A DNA stretch of 64,000 nt from Podarcis pityusensis. Its lineage: Eukaryota. This document shows positions 26,964 to 40,961 of the stretch, piece after piece. Numbering within the stretch: position 1 is the stretch's first letter; each line of letters begins with the position of its first letter. Below the pieces are notes generated by a model. The model saw only the letters and a program-made list of their open reading frames with translations, did no database searches and was not told where the DNA came from. The stretch lies in assembly GCA_964106645.2 (NCBI GenBank), contig OZ067040.1, one strand, 5' to 3'. Position numbers and translations under genes: made by a program.

Positions 26964-27191
26964 CAGTGGTACCTCGGGTTAAGAACTTAATTCGTTCTGG
27001 AGGTCTGTTCTTAACCTGAAACTGTTCTTAACCTGAAGCACCACTTTAGCTAATGGGGCCTCCCGCTGCCACGGCATGCGATTTCTGTTCTCATCCTGTT
27101 CTCATCCTGAAGCAAAGTTCTTAACCCGAGGTAATATTTCTGGGTTAGTGGAGTCTGTAACCTGAAGCGTATGTAACCCGAGGTACCACTG
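26964..27191. mobile_element. Tc1/mariner MITE, orientation A
   Basis: TA|cagtggtacctcgggtta...taacccgaggtaccactg|TA, with a small internal duplication ctgttctcatc. Confidence 0.9.
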
Positions 27192-27634
27192 TAATAACAA
27201 CGACAAACAACAGTAATAGTAATATATAAACATTGTATTGATACGTTTATGCATTCAAAATATATTCGTTGTATTGGCTGCAATCCAAATAAACAGACAA
27301 GTAGTTGTGCGCTCTGTCCTTGTTTTCCTTAACAGCAGCCTCCCATCTTGGACTGAAGTGAAAAACTAGCACTAGGATTTATCTATGAACAGCTTTTAAT
27401 AAATCTCATTGACTTCACTCACCACAGCCAACTTTTCTTATAATTCACATACCACAGAAGAGTGCAATGTCTGAACTATGCTTAGTTATTATGTATTGAT
27501 TTATTAAATTTAGTCATCACTTTTTCAAAGCAAGTCTAAAAGCAATTTACAAAGATTTAAAAATGTAAGTCTAAAAACCTACATAACAACCACTTAAATA
27601 AGGATTAACTACTAAAAGACAAGCACCAAGACAA

Positions 27635-27810
27635 GTTAGAGTGTTGGACTACTCAGGCTGAAATCCCTACTCAACCATCTCATGAGGTAACCTTGACTAA
27701 GTCACCATCTCTCAGTATAACCTACAATATAGGGTTGTTGAAACGCAAAAAATGGAACTGGGAGAGAATCAGGTATGTTGTATACATTTACTAACTAAAA
27801 TAAATGAATA
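27635..27810 (+). mobile_element. Degenerate MIR/CORE-like SINE
   Basis: gttagagtgttggact...ggtaaccttgactaagtcaccatctctcagtataacctac...agggttgttg. Confidence 0.55.
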
Positions 27811-28344
27811 AGCTACTATTTCACTAAGCAGTTTGCTGCTCCTGTAAGAGAACATTCACGCTTTCAGCTGAAAAATGCTCACCAATTTTTTTCTCTGCCA
27901 CTGAAATACAGTTCTCAATTCTAGCTCTGAGGCTGGCTCTACTCTCTGTTGCTGCTAAGTTGTCTGGTATTTTCGGTGAATTTCTTCTAGATGATGCGTC
28001 ACTTGGGTTCTGAAAGTATTCATCCATATTTCTCATAACAAGCACCCTGAAAAGTAACAATGCTGGCAGGGCTACAAAAGTTTAGTAGAGCACAAGACAT
28101 CTAATATTCTCATGCTACCTCAAAACAGTGCCCAGAAACAGTTTTGGGCTAAAGGAAGTTATGATCTCACTGCATTACAGATAACAGATAAAGTTACGAT
28201 CAGCAGATGCCTTCAACTGACAAAGTGACTCGTGGAACTCTCACCCCTTCATCTCTATGACATCACTTTAAATGCAGTAAGTCATTACTCATCTTCTCTC
28301 AACACTATAGCACTCTAAATCAATCCAGAAAGTTTTTAAGACTA

Positions 28345-28570
28345 CAGTGGTACCTCGGGTTAAGTACTTAATTCGTTCCGGAGGTCCGTACTTAACCTGA
28401 AACTGTTCTTAACCTGAAGCACCACTTTAGCTAATGGGGCCTCCTGCTGCTGCTGCGCTGCCGGAGCATGATTTCTGTTCTCATCCTGAAGCAAAGTTCT
28501 TAACCTCAAGCACTATTTCTGGGTTAGCGGAGTCGGTAACCTGAAGCGTATGTAACTCGAGGTACCACTG
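28345..28570. mobile_element. Tc1/mariner MITE, orientation A
   Basis: TA|cagtggtacctcgggtta...taactcgaggtaccactg|TA. Confidence 0.9.
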
Positions 28571-29029
28571 TACCTATTCCCACATTAAGTAGTCCACTAC
28601 CACAAAATAATAGTTATACAAATAAACATCCACACAAAATGACTCCAAATGTACACACACACAAAACAGCCAATACAGAAATATTCAAGCCTAACAGTTA
28701 TGGCCCCTCACTATAGCCTCTGCCAAGTTAGACAGCATGATCAAAGGTCCCAGAACTTTTGCATGACTGCAAAATAGTGGAAGCCAGAGAAGGTAGCCTG
28801 TTGTGGTCTATTGCCTGTCTGACTCTACAATAAATATTGCTGCAAACACACTGTCTGTGGGTAAATGGTTAAGGAATCACTCCCAATTCGGAGTTTTAGC
28901 GCTTCTAGTCTCACGGCCCTCTGAACTGATCTTTTGCCCTCTGAACTGATCTACAATTTTGTTTTCAACAAAACCAATTACTGAATGTTACTAGCCATAC
29001 AGAATATGATGTATGGTAGAATGGGATGC

Positions 29030-29710
29030 TAATGACCAATACCAAGATGAAGGTCCACTAGGCTTGCATGTTGAGCACACTGCTTTATGGAAGTGAATCA
29101 AGGGCAACTTACAGCTGCCAGGCGTGATCCCTCGATGCCTTCCATATGGGCTGTGTCAGGAAGATTTTAGGCCTCGCATGGCAGGACCAAGTCTCAAACA
29201 AAGATGTGCTTTCCCAAGCCCACATTCCCAGCATGTTTGCACTTCTGTCTCAGCAATGTTTACACTGTCTTGGTCATGTGCACGGAATGGAAGATGGCAG
29301 GATCCCCAAGGACATGCTCTACAGGGAGCTGGCTTCAGGCACCATACCTGTTGGCAGACCAACCCTGCTTTGCAAATATGTTTACAAACGTGACATGAAG
29401 TCTGACAACATTGACCCAGCAGTATAGAAATCCACTGAAAATGAGTACAGTGCCTGGAGACAGACAGTCAGGTTGTGTATCCACAACAGTGACCAGAGGA
29501 GGAATGACCACTGGGAGGAGTGCAGTGAGAAGAAATGCCATGGTGCACCCATAGTAGCAAAACCAGACACCTTCATCTGCCTCACCTGCACATGTCTGTC
29601 CTATAATCCATCTCTACAACCACAACAGGCACTGTAACTCTTCAACAGTTTGACTTTACCCCCAAAGGCTCAATTTCCCATAGTCAACTGAGATAGATGG
29701 ATGCTGACAA
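29030..29710 (+). mobile_element. RTE-clade LINE 3' fragment (degenerate)
   Basis: ORF 29146-29427 CVRKILGLAWQDQVSNKDVL...LGHVHGMEDGRIPKDMLYRELASG...GRP...KRDMK is the typical RTE C-terminal signature. Upstream tgctttatggaagtgaatca gives LLYGSES. Confidence 0.88.
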
Positions 29711-30574
29711 TTAGCTATAGATGTAAGCTTTGACTTGTTTGAACACATAAACTCAAACGTGCAAATAACTTGCTTTCTCACGTAGTGTAAAATAAGCATT
29801 GTCCCTAGCTAGGCAGGAAGCACCGCTTGAGAAACCCAAATTGATAGCTTGTTTCCAGCTCAAGGACAGTTATTTTATATTTACAAATAAATAAATAAAC
29901 TGAGCATGCTCCTTACATCTTTCAATTGCATGGGGGGGGGCTGTTTACAACTGGCAGAAGCTTATAATTGTTGCGAGAAATGCAAATTAAGCCTGACTTA
30001 TAGCTATTGACTCTTTTAGTACTATGGAATGTTAATTACCTTTGTTTTGGTTTTTTCTACTGTGTTTATTGCCATTATCACTTAACCACAAACATAACAT
30101 TCTTGAATGCCAAATTGGACACCATTATCTCCTCTTTTTATAGTTGTTTATTTTCATACTATGTTAATTTGTGGTACGTAGGATACTCGTGCCTTTTCCC
30201 AAAAATTTTCTCAATGGCAGGCAAAGAAGAACTATGAATTTCCTCTCAGGCTTTCTTCAGGATCTAAAAAGTGGACACTAAAGCATGTTAGAAACCAATT
30301 CTCAATTTAGATACAAATTGCAGGAAACTTTTATGTCCCTTATACTGTGCTCATAACTTGAAGCCTAAATATTTCACTAAGAAGAACAAAGTTCCAATTT
30401 AACCAGAGCTCCTATAGTGCTTTAATTTAGGAACCAACTAGAGCTTGATGAGGGGAGCCACATTTGTTTATTTATATGCCTGACCCATTCATGTCTAAAG
30501 CGAAGTGGGGTGGTTTAACTTTTACAATTAAAATGTGTGTGCAAGGGAACTCCCCTGCCTTATCTCAATATGCT

Positions 30575-30790
30575 ATAGTGGTTAGCGTCTCAGACCAGAA
30601 TCTGGGAGACCAGGGTTCAAGTCCCCATTCAGCCATGATGCTCACTGGGTGACCTTGGGCCAGTCACTGCCTCTCAGCCTGACCTATCTCACAGGGCTGT
30701 TGTGAGGATTCAATGAGGGGGGGAGCCATGTATGCCACCTTGAGCTCCTTTAGAAAAAGGTGTGTTATAAATACAATAAAATAAATAAAT
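30575..30790 (+). mobile_element. MIR/CORE-like tRNA SINE
   Basis: tagtggttagcgt...gggttcaagtccc (A/B boxes), CORE-like ctgggtgaccttgggccagtcac...ctcagcc...cagggctgttgtgagg, and an (aaat)n tail. Confidence 0.8.
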
Positions 30791-31507
30791 TTGTATCCTG
30801 TTGCCTGTAGCACTTTCATTTACAATTCAAGAACTAAGCCAGGAGACATTCCTGCAGCAACAAGTCACAGGGGGGTAAGGGAGAGGAAAGCATTAATTAA
30901 GTTGCCCTCATGCTGATTTTGCTATAAAATATAGGTCTCCATCACCCACTTTAGAGGCAAACAGGTCACAGCTAAATAGGGCAGGCGAGAATGGAAAAGG
31001 TCCAACTATTTTTGTTATATTTGGAGATGGGGTTACAGAAAGAACTGCAGTGATTAAATATGAAGAGAAGACCATGAGGAGTCCACCCTCATTTTCTTAA
31101 GGGGTCTTTAAATACATGCCAGGGAAAAAGGTTTAATGCCAAAGTGGAAGTGAATTACATCAGTAGAGAGGACCACTACTGGCAGAGCTTCCGAGTGGTA
31201 GGTGAAGAAGGGAGAGTTGGCCAGTCGGTCCACCCCCACCCCAGTGTGGGTGTTTGTCTATCCTTCCTTCTACTTTTTTGCTGCCATTAGGTGGGTTTTG
31301 CTTTCCCCCACCCCCACCCCGGCTGCCTTCAGCAAGCAGCTGAAAACTCCCTTGTCTTCTTCACAACATTTAACTCTTAAGATGTTACTCATGTCTTACA
31401 AAAAGAAACCTGAGGTCGTTTAAGACAAGGTTGGTACCTCAAACCACCACCTTTATATGGCCAGATAGTTACTGTCCCTGAGTTCTGTTACAGTTCAGTA
31501 TATGTAT

Positions 31508-31550
31508 GGATAGCTCAGTTGGTTAGAGCGTGGTACACCAAAGTTGCAGG
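31508..31550 (+). mobile_element. SINE 5' head fragment (tRNA-like A box)
   Basis: ggatagctcagttggttagagcgtggt matches the head of the 6133-6331 SINE. The body is missing. Confidence 0.65.
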
Positions 31551-34500
31551 CTTCCACCTGCACAGCAATGGGCACAGCCCTCTACATTTGAATTGTTTCA
31601 GCAACCAAGTAGTGTGCACTCTTTGCTCAAGAAATGCAACAATCATAAAACAGGAAACTCAGTTTAAATCAGTGGTTTAAAATTAATATTTTGTTCTCAG
31701 TTAGTTAAATTGTCTCCATCTTTCCTGGAGTACATTCTTTATACTTTGTGGTTTGCTACTATTTTCCTATATGTGTAACAGCCCACTCAGCTGCATGCTC
31801 TATTTTTCTGTTAATGAATGCCTGTCCCTCACTATATGCAGACGGAAAAGGCATGTTCAAGCAAATAATTGCATCCAACCCTCAAGTGCCAATATTAATG
31901 CACTTGAGCATTTACATTTCTATTCCTTGAAACTCAAGGACGCACGGGATACCTGGTTCTCCCCCTTCTAATTTGATCCTCACAACAATCCTGTGGGGCA
32001 GGTCAGACTATGATTACTTATGGTAGTACTGCATGTTCAGCCTAATAGCTTGTTGTTAGAAAGGCCCTTTTTCAACCTTCCAGTCAAAGCTCCTTGTTAA
32101 TAGTACTAATAGCATTACATCTCCACAAGTGCTGTTCTGCATTACAGATCAAAGGCAATTCCTGCTATTTGAATTTTTTATGAGGGTTTCTGATACTCAG
32201 GCATGCTGGAATATTGTGTGGCGTCTTTTCATGTGCATCATGTATGTGAAAACTTTGGTTTTTTTCTGCATGTAAGTCCTGTGATGTGGAAGTACCTTCT
32301 ATCTGCCATTTTGTACACTGAATAAACATTTAATATATAGCTGAAATGTACAGTAACTGTATTATTAGGGAAGGCCTTTTTTAAAAAAAAAACAGCATTT
32401 GGTTTAAGAGGACAGCGTTTCATTAATTATCTTATCTTTGTTTTACACTGGTGCTTTGATATAACAGTGCCATGTGCTAACAAGGTACTATTACACCAAT
32501 CCTAGAGTGCCTTCTAAATATCTCAACACAACTGGTCAAGTTGTGAGTAGAAACTTCTGGTGGAGAACTGAAGTAGCTGTATTTATTTGAAGTTTCCCTT
32601 GCACGCGCCCCCCCCCCCCACACACACACAAAAAAGAGATTTTTTGCCAGTGACAGTAAAGGATGGGTTTTACCCTCCTTTTCTGAGCGGGAAAATATTA
32701 GACGAAAGAATGAACAGAAACAGCCAACATTCCTCAGTAATTTGTGTACTGTGTGGAAGATCAGTCCATTAATATAATCCAACTGTAATCAGCATGGCAA
32801 ACTATAATGAATCCTTTGGAGCTGACTTCCTCAAAGTCCCTTTGAAACCAGTAAGTTTTCATTAAAGGGAATGGAGCACTGCTCATTTGACCACAACGGT
32901 GAAGTCAGAGGGAGTTGCTCTGGCTGGGGGATAGTGACATTGGGGGAAAAACCTACGTCATAGTTTTGCTACGAGGACAAAAGGGGGAAGGCAATATATA
33001 CTGTCTGAAGCTCCTTGGAGGAAAGGTGAAATATCCATACTTCTGAATAAATAAAACAACCCCTTTCATCTCAAGCTATTTTTGTGGTAAAATTCCACCG
33101 CTAAAAGGGTGCATTCCCATCCATGGAAGAAAATACACTGGTATCCATGGGTAGAGTTCTAGCAGCTTTATTTTAGGAATGAAACTGCCTACCAAAGGAA
33201 AAAATACACTGGAAATAAGCAAACAAGGAAAAACAATTTTAACAAATTGTTAAAGAACCATTGAATTTGTTAATACTTTGAAGCTGCAACCCTATACGTA
33301 AGTATGCAAAGGGATTTATTTCTGAGTAGAACTGCATAGCAGGCGCTGAATTGTACAAGAAATCTAGCTCCGTTTTTTCTTCTTCTGATTTAATGATACT
33401 ATACCTAGAAACAGTGTTTCAAGGCCCGGGCAGAATCTGGCACGGAGTAAGAAATCCTTATCAGCAGCAATCCTTAGCAGTCTAGTGGTTTAAACAAATC
33501 CACATTTGATTACCCAACATTAAATAATGCACAGAACAGAGTAAATATACTAAAGGAAACACCTGCAGAAATGATTTACAAAACTAGTTTGAAAGAAAAG
33601 TTATTTGAGAAAGAATTAACTCAGAGGCAGAAGAAAAGCTTGTGGTCACTCCTTCCTACAATTTGCTTGGTTCTCAGCAAAATGGGTGGGTGTGGGTGGG
33701 TGTGAGTGAGGTCTGTTTTTACACTAGCTATTGGATCCATAAAGCAACTTGTGCAAGTGGAAAAACATTTCTGCTCTGATATCAACACAAATAGCATCAG
33801 CAGCCACACCATTCTGAAGGATCATGCAATTCCAGAAGCGGATCAGAAGTAGGAGATAAGAATAGGATTGAGTTGGATTGTTTACAGTTCAGCAACCAGC
33901 AGAGGGAGTACAAAAGTCTAAATTATACTTATTTGTTTAAACTGGCATTTTGAAATAAACATAAGAATGTTTTGTACACAATGTACAAAAGTATGGAGAG
34001 TATTCTAAGAAAAAATGCTGTTTTGAAGGGGGGGAAGAAATAGGAAAAGTGTGCGTGCAGGGATAATTAGCAGATTATATGCCTTATCTACAATCCAGCA
34101 TACATTAAAAGTCCTATTAAGCCTGGTTTAATGCAATATTTTCCAGAAGTCACATTGAAATCAGTGGGACTTACACCCATGTAAGTGTGCATGGGATTGA
34201 AACACCAGGAAATTCACAATTCCAACATTTCAATAGGATTTTGAACAAATTTCTGTGCACAGAACTGTAGTCTTTGTTTTTGTATTAATAACATGCATGA
34301 ACAACTTTGAAGCATCTGGAAGTCAAAGTGAATATTTCCCCAAACAAACGAGGATTACAAGCACTATGTCACTGTTAATAAAACAGAAACAGTTTTCTGA
34401 ACATGTACCAAAAAGTGACACCCTTTAAGTAATTTTTTTAATAAATAAATGAAATGATCTGTGTGCAATTATTTGCTCTAAATACTTTGCAAGTTATTTG

Positions 34501-35809
34501 CCGATACGTCTTTATTTTTTATTACTCGGAATCTTAAGCATCATGAGCAGAGTATGGTTTGTGGAACGGTGACATCCAACCTTCTCCGTCCTGTTGCAGT
34601 TCCCTGTGACCCCTGAAAGGTTGCAACAAGGAATCAGCAGAAATCAGACAAACCCTAGATTGAATCTAAGCGACATGCTGCACCACTTTTTTCTCATATG
34701 TCAGTATACAAAGGTAAAATCTGCCAGGCACTGCAACTGAACAGTTTGCCATTAGAAGTCGTCCGTTGGAAGGGTCGGATCAGCAGCCTCCACCCCCCCC
34801 CACCCCAGACCTGCACTTTGGGGGTCCTGAACATGGTTGGGCTTAAAACTGTGAACAGGGCATGGATGTGCCCACAGGTCCTACCCTTGTCTCCAGGAAT
34901 ATGGGCTCCATTTGAGACCACCTTGTGTTTAGCATGGATTATAAGGAATGGTTTCGAAGTGGATTCAACTGAACAGGCTTAGAAATCTATTTGCAACCAA
35001 AAACCTGATAAGGCAAAGTTTCAGTTAGAAACACATGATGGTCTAAAATGAATCCTGTAGACCTTGGAGTGCTGCACGCCCATATGCCCCTGTCCTGCCA
35101 CCAGTTTTAAGCCCACCTGTGCTCAGGCAAATACCTAGGCAGGACTAGCGTGATTTGCCTTAGGCCCCAGAGTCCCCAGGGACAGCCCTGCTTGCACTGC
35201 TAGATAAGAAAACAGCAGCACCTTGAAATACTGAAATAGAATGGAGTCAATACCAGGGTGGACTTCTTCTGCACATGCCCTAAATTAAAAATGAATAAAA
35301 CAAGTGAAACACTCTTTCTGTCGTTGTAAATGCCGACCTTATTTAAAAAGCAAGATCATCATTAAATCATATGGGAAGAGTTAAACGGCATTTAATTCCT
35401 GGGGGGAAGCCATCTTTTGAAAATTAGTGTGCTTCAACATCCGTGCAGTTAATCATTGCTTGACAATAATCCAGTTCCTGAGATTCCCATAAATGTTTTG
35501 TAAAGAAGTGGCTTCTACGTGTCAAATTTAACTCTATTGTTTTAACAACATTTAAAGGAGCATGTGCCAATCACACAGAAATGTTTATGGAACTCGCTTG
35601 AAATCTTTTAATGTTATTGTAAATACAGTCAAATTTACCTTAATTTAACAGTGCTTTATATTATGCAAGTTATAACTCAGAGATTTAATTTTCAGCAGAA
35701 GAATGGAAACTGGGCATTTTACACAGACCACCTGAACAGCAAAATAACTCAAGAAGCAAGTTGTTTAATGAGCAATGCTTAGTTGCTAACAAGTCAAATT
35801 CAGGACCGC

Positions 35810-36548
35810 AATACCTGCCTCTCCCCATCCTGGACTCTGTGTTCATCACCTGAGGCCCTTTTCCATGCACCTCCTCCACATGAGTTCCAGAGGGTGGCAA
35901 CACGATAATGGACCTTCTCTTTAGTGCCCCTCCCCATTTGTGGAATGTTCTTCCCACGAAGGTTTGCTTGGTGCCTTCTTTTTTTAGGCACCAGGCACAA
36001 ACAGGCCTCTGGCTTATTAATATTCTGTAGCTCAGAGGTTTTCAACTTTTTTGAGTCCACAGCTTCCTTGACCACTTATCCATCCATTCCCAACAGCAAG
36101 GTCTGGTGGACTGGTTGCCTGCCTGCTTGCTTACTCTGAGGCCACCTAAGCTCCTGGCAACCAGCACAACCTGGCCAGCCCCAGAGGCATCATTCGTCTG
36201 TGGAGCTTGTAGCCAGGGTTGCTGCAACAAACAGCTGTGCAAGCCTCTGGAGGCAGAGACACGAGAGGACATCAGAGGAGGGCAGGAAAGAGGGATAGAG
36301 GCCAGTGTTGCCCACGGCACCCTGACCATCATTCAAGGCACCCAAGGGTGCCAAGTCACACTGGTTGAAAACCACTGCTATAGCCTTTTAAATGTGTCTG
36401 TGGGAAAGGGGGTTATTGTCTTACTGTTTGGATTTACTTATTTACTTCTTTTTATCCTGTATTTTATTTTGTGAATCACCCTGAGATCTTATAATGAAGA
36501 GCAGTATATAAATCTAATAAAATAAAATAAAGTAAATAATAATAATAA
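35810..36548 (+). mobile_element. L2-clade LINE 3' fragment interrupted by a hAT MITE
   Basis: ggaccttctctttagtgcccctccccatttgtggaatg tail motif. The sequence resumes after 36385 and ends in an (aaaat)/(aat)n tail. Confidence 0.62.
36033..36377. mobile_element. hAT-type MITE nested in L2
   Basis: TIR cagaggttttcaac / gttgaaaaccactg; TSD ctgtagct/ctatagcc (6/8). Confidence 0.75.
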
Positions 36549-39500
36549 TTGGGCTCACTGCAGCTTGTCCACATAGCATTAAACTATGGTTAAACATTGT
36601 GTGAGAACCCTGTCTGTAGAGCATCTAGTATCAGCAGTTCTGAATGCACTGCCCACAGGAAAAAGAGACATTTTCAAAACAGTGACTGTTGGGAAGACAA
36701 CCATCAATAGTTTGCTCAGCGTGGCACAACAGAAGTAAAACTGTGCAACAACATCTTAAAATATTGCAATTTTAAGAGCATAGCTACATCATTCATTTTC
36801 ACATGCTCTGTCACTGAAAGTAATGTATCTTGAGCACTAAACTAACCCTCACCACTTTACCAAAACAAATTAGTGATGTCTAAGGAAGATATGTTTACCT
36901 TATACTCAATATACAAAAGCAGGGCGGCATGGTAGTGGTCGGGTTAAGGGAAGATATCTATTCAAATACAAGCAAGGGATATAATGGGAAGGTTGGGATC
37001 TCTTTAATCAGACTGTCTTTCAAAGGAAGAAATCAGGAAATGGGATGTTTCCAACATTACAAAAAACTATAATCTCAAAGAGGTATCTCAAGATTCTGCT
37101 GAGTTTTTATGAAAAGCACCAAATTATTTGATGTGTGCATGTGAAAAGGGATACACTGGTAAAATTGCATCTACACATTTGTTTCTTTCATTTCTAGCCC
37201 ACCCTACAGCTGAGCTCATGGGGTTCACAACCGATCTAAAATGAAATAAAACAATCAGAAAAACACATCCAACAATGCAAAAACAACAGTGGCAGAAGAC
37301 AATTATTCAACTTAAAATGTATTGCTACAATCTCCACGCTTCTCTGGACAGTGGTGCATTCCTGGGGCCCAGACCTCACCCTGACTTAGTCTATTTTGGA
37401 AGGAAGTCAGTTGAGGTGTGTGGTGTTTTATAACATTTGAGTTTATCTGCAAGTAAACAGCGACACATATAGAGGTAGACCTTAAACACTCCAACAGACA
37501 ACCCACCCACGTACTTACAGAGCCCAAACCTCAAATATCTGCCTCTTCCTCTGTATACCACTTGAAAACATCAGGCTGCCCATATGTACAGACAAATTTA
37601 GCTGGTGGGGACACAGGGGAAACATATGAATGTAAGGAAAATGCGAATTATCAACATATATAATCCAGAAATCTCCCTAACAAAACTGCTAAAAGAGTCT
37701 CCAGCTACATTTCTGGTTCCATGTATCTTCTCCTGTCCAAATCCCCCAGTCTCACAACATTATTCAGCATTTTGTTATTTAAAGAATGACAAGTATTATT
37801 GTTATTTGTACGCAGGTAGATATTACATAATGACTTAGTATTAGAATAAGGGGAGGCAAACTGCAACTAAACAAACTGTAATAAATTATTTCAAGATGTT
37901 TTGTTGCTAGTACCTAACACTTGAAGCATTTAGCTAAAATCTATCCTGTTAACAGATGTTGGACATGTAAAAGAAGGTGTTGATTACATGCATGTATACC
38001 GGAGATGAGATATGTAGAATGTGAAAAGTTATTCTGTACTATTAAATTCCATCCAAGTATTATTGGGATATTTCAACCAAATCATATTCCTTTAGTTATT
38101 AAGAGCAACCAAGATGTTGTCAGCTGTGAAATGGCAACCTGATAAAATTCTCACCGAAAGAAAATGATTCAGCAACTTTCAGATTTGGTAAAGTTAAAAG
38201 ATGGACAATGAACACGATTCCCCAGTTGGTAAAGTGAAATAAATGTTTAAGTTGGAATTATTTTACACTTTTTCACTGCTAATAAATGACTAGAATCAAT
38301 TATCTATTTTACTTATACAGATTTTGTAAAAGGGTTTAAATATTATTTACCTATTTAAAGTGATCTATTACATATTTAACATAAACCTATAAGCACAGAA
38401 TTAAAGGAACATAATTCTATATAAAGAAGTTAATTTGAATACAGTGAATGTATTTATAATGTTAACGTCTGCTATTACATGAAGCATTAAAAAAGAAAAA
38501 AGAAATGTAGTAAGAGACACAATGTAGATACAGTGTAGAAAATATACCAATGGTTGCAGAGTTATCACAACTCCCACAAGTAAGCAAATACTTGGAAGCA
38601 AAAAGGAAAGGTTCAAATTAGCCAGAATGCCTTGTGACCCAGCACGTTATTGTGCTGAATCCCTACAAAGCTGTGGGGTAGGAGAGACTGAAGCAGGGAG
38701 GCCAAATTTTTCCTTTACTCACATTTCTCCCAACTTCTTCCCCTTTTTAACAGGTTTTTCTCCTGCGGTGGGTAACTTCCAATCCTCTCATAGGAGGAAA
38801 ATAGCTTTAAGAAGCAGTTGAAGGAAACACGGGAGAAAGGGTTATTCACACATAAACTTGCATCCGGAATAACCCAATCCTGAAAGTCCAGTATGGCCCT
38901 GAAACTCATTTCAAGTTACTCATTCCTTTTAACCCTCATGCAAAGGATTTCCAAGGTGGTGAAGGGAGGTGGGAAACCAAGAAGTGGTGGCCATTCGTGG
39001 CTTTTCAGCCAAATGCATCTGGGACGCTTCACAACCTTGTTAATTCATCTATTTTGTCACACCATGTGCTCTTCTTCCCTCAAAACTGCCTATGATTTTA
39101 ATCACAAGTCCCCACTCCACTGCCCATCACATTTTATGGGAGCTCTACTGTCATGCTTTTTTCCCCCAAAACTTTTTTTAAAAAATATGCAACTATTTGC
39201 AACCCTTCCAGTGTGTTTCACACTCAAAGAGCCTGAGAGGGCAGAAGCAAACTAATAATCCCATTTACATTTTCCCTAAAGTGGTCAGCGAACACTTGTA
39301 CAGATTTCCCAATTACAAATAAATAAACATTAAAATGGGAAGTTTGTAAGGGAAGTTGTGTTCCATATAAACTTTGGGAGATCTATCTAAATAGCCATCT
39401 AGTCACTATAAATAAATGGGGGATACGTTATGGGTCCAATAATGAAGATGAACTATCAACATCTTCACAATGAGAAGATCATTCAACAGATCACGCACCT

Positions 39501-39814
39501 GTGCTGTATTAATGTGAAGTGATGACAACCCCCTAATTCTGTTTTCACCACAATTACCAATATACTTTTAAATCAGGTTGCCATAGAAATAGAAACTATA
39601 CACTACCCCGATTACTCAAGAATGAAGATTTATTATGGTAGAACACAATTTTTGTTTTTATATGCCTCTGCTAGTATGTGGCAGGTTAATATTATTCCAT
39701 GTTCATCCATTTTTCATTTGTTAACTTCCAAGACCTACGACTGTCCTAAGTCCTAGTAAATCTTGGTCACTTGACAGGACTATTCCACGTCATTTGTCTA
39801 CTTCAGGTTGCATG

Positions 39815-40145
39815 CCATTCAAGTTCCTGCATTAAAAGAGGTGTCGTGATGGGACCCATGAAAGAGCCTTTTCAGTGGTGGCTCCACATCTGTGGAATGA
39901 CCACCCCACTGAGGTGCATTTCACCCCAACTATGATGTTTTTTTCAGGTGCCAAGTAAAAACCCACCTTTTTAGTAGCTGATGGGTTAAACAATTCTTAT
40001 GGTGTTTTTAAATATGCTATTCATGTAATTATGCAAATTACTATCATGTTTTTGCTTATTGTTTTAGAGTACGTTATTTTTTGTAAACTGACCTGTGGCT
40101 ACTTTTGGCAAAGGACACTGTGGAAATAGCTTAAAAAATAAATAA
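39815..40145 (+). mobile_element. L2-clade LINE 3' fragment
   Basis: agagccttttcagtggtggctccacatctgtggaatg (RAFSVVAPHLWN) followed by caggtgccaagtaaaaaccc and an A-rich tail. Confidence 0.65.
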
Positions 40146-40897
40146 TTTACCACCGCATCACAAATGTGTTCAGTTCTACTGAAATGTGAATCAGAGAACA
40201 AAGGGGGAAAGTGAATGCAAGAGAAAGTAACAAATGATTGTTTCTTTTTTCATTATTCCTTCCGTAACCAACTACTCTCTGGCATTTGTACTCTGGTGTG
40301 CTTTCCTTCTTCTTGTAATGTTTCCAACAAGAAAAATTCTGAAATCTATTGTGCTGCTTTCAGCACGCCCTAGTAAAGACTGTACTGCTTGCCACACCGT
40401 TAATAAGCAAACTTGCTCTGAAACAGGACATCCCATGTTTAAAGCATCTTCAACTGAGGGCTATGCAGTCTTGAACAGAAAGTATCCAAGGAAGACGATT
40501 TCACTTTCTTGAAGGAAGATTTCACTTTCCTGTAGGAAGCGTCCTCCCTCGCTAATCCATTTACAGTGAGCACACTGCTTCTGGTGGTGGTTTGATCTCA
40601 CTCTACCTTCCTGGAATTTGAACCCATTTATTTCTCGCACTATCTTCTGACGAGCAATTGTTCCTCCTCCTTTTGTTACCCCATTCCACATCAATAGATA
40701 GGTACCACCCTCGCATCGCAGGGGCAGCAGTGCTTTATTTCTAAAAAGAGCGGCGCCTGAGACCAAGTTTCCCTGGAAGCACCCCCCCCCGTCTCTTTTA
40801 CACACACACATACGGGGGGGGGCACTCCCGCATCCAGACCCCCTCGCCCTCGCCCTTAAAAGCAATCAGCCGGAGAACAAAACGCGAAGCCACCTAC

Positions 40898-40961
40898 TTG
40901 CGCTCAGGAAACACTCGGTAAACCGCCTAAAACAGCTGCCCGAAGAAGATCCATCTTCCAT
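40898..40961 (-). CDS. PDE10A: PDE10A first coding exon (PDE10A2-type N-terminus), coding part
   Basis: The minus strand from ATG at 40961 gives MEDGSSSGSCFRRFTECFLSA + A|gtaggt donor (phase 1). It closely resembles the mammalian PDE10A2 N-terminus [23 protein letters not shown] and lies in a CpG island. Confidence 0.95.

Noticed and set aside
16589-28570. Recurrent cagtggtacctc motif as a CRISPR-like or regulatory array
   Set aside because: The copies are dispersed inverted termini of ~230-bp MITEs with TA duplications in eukaryotic DNA, with no regular repeat-spacer period.
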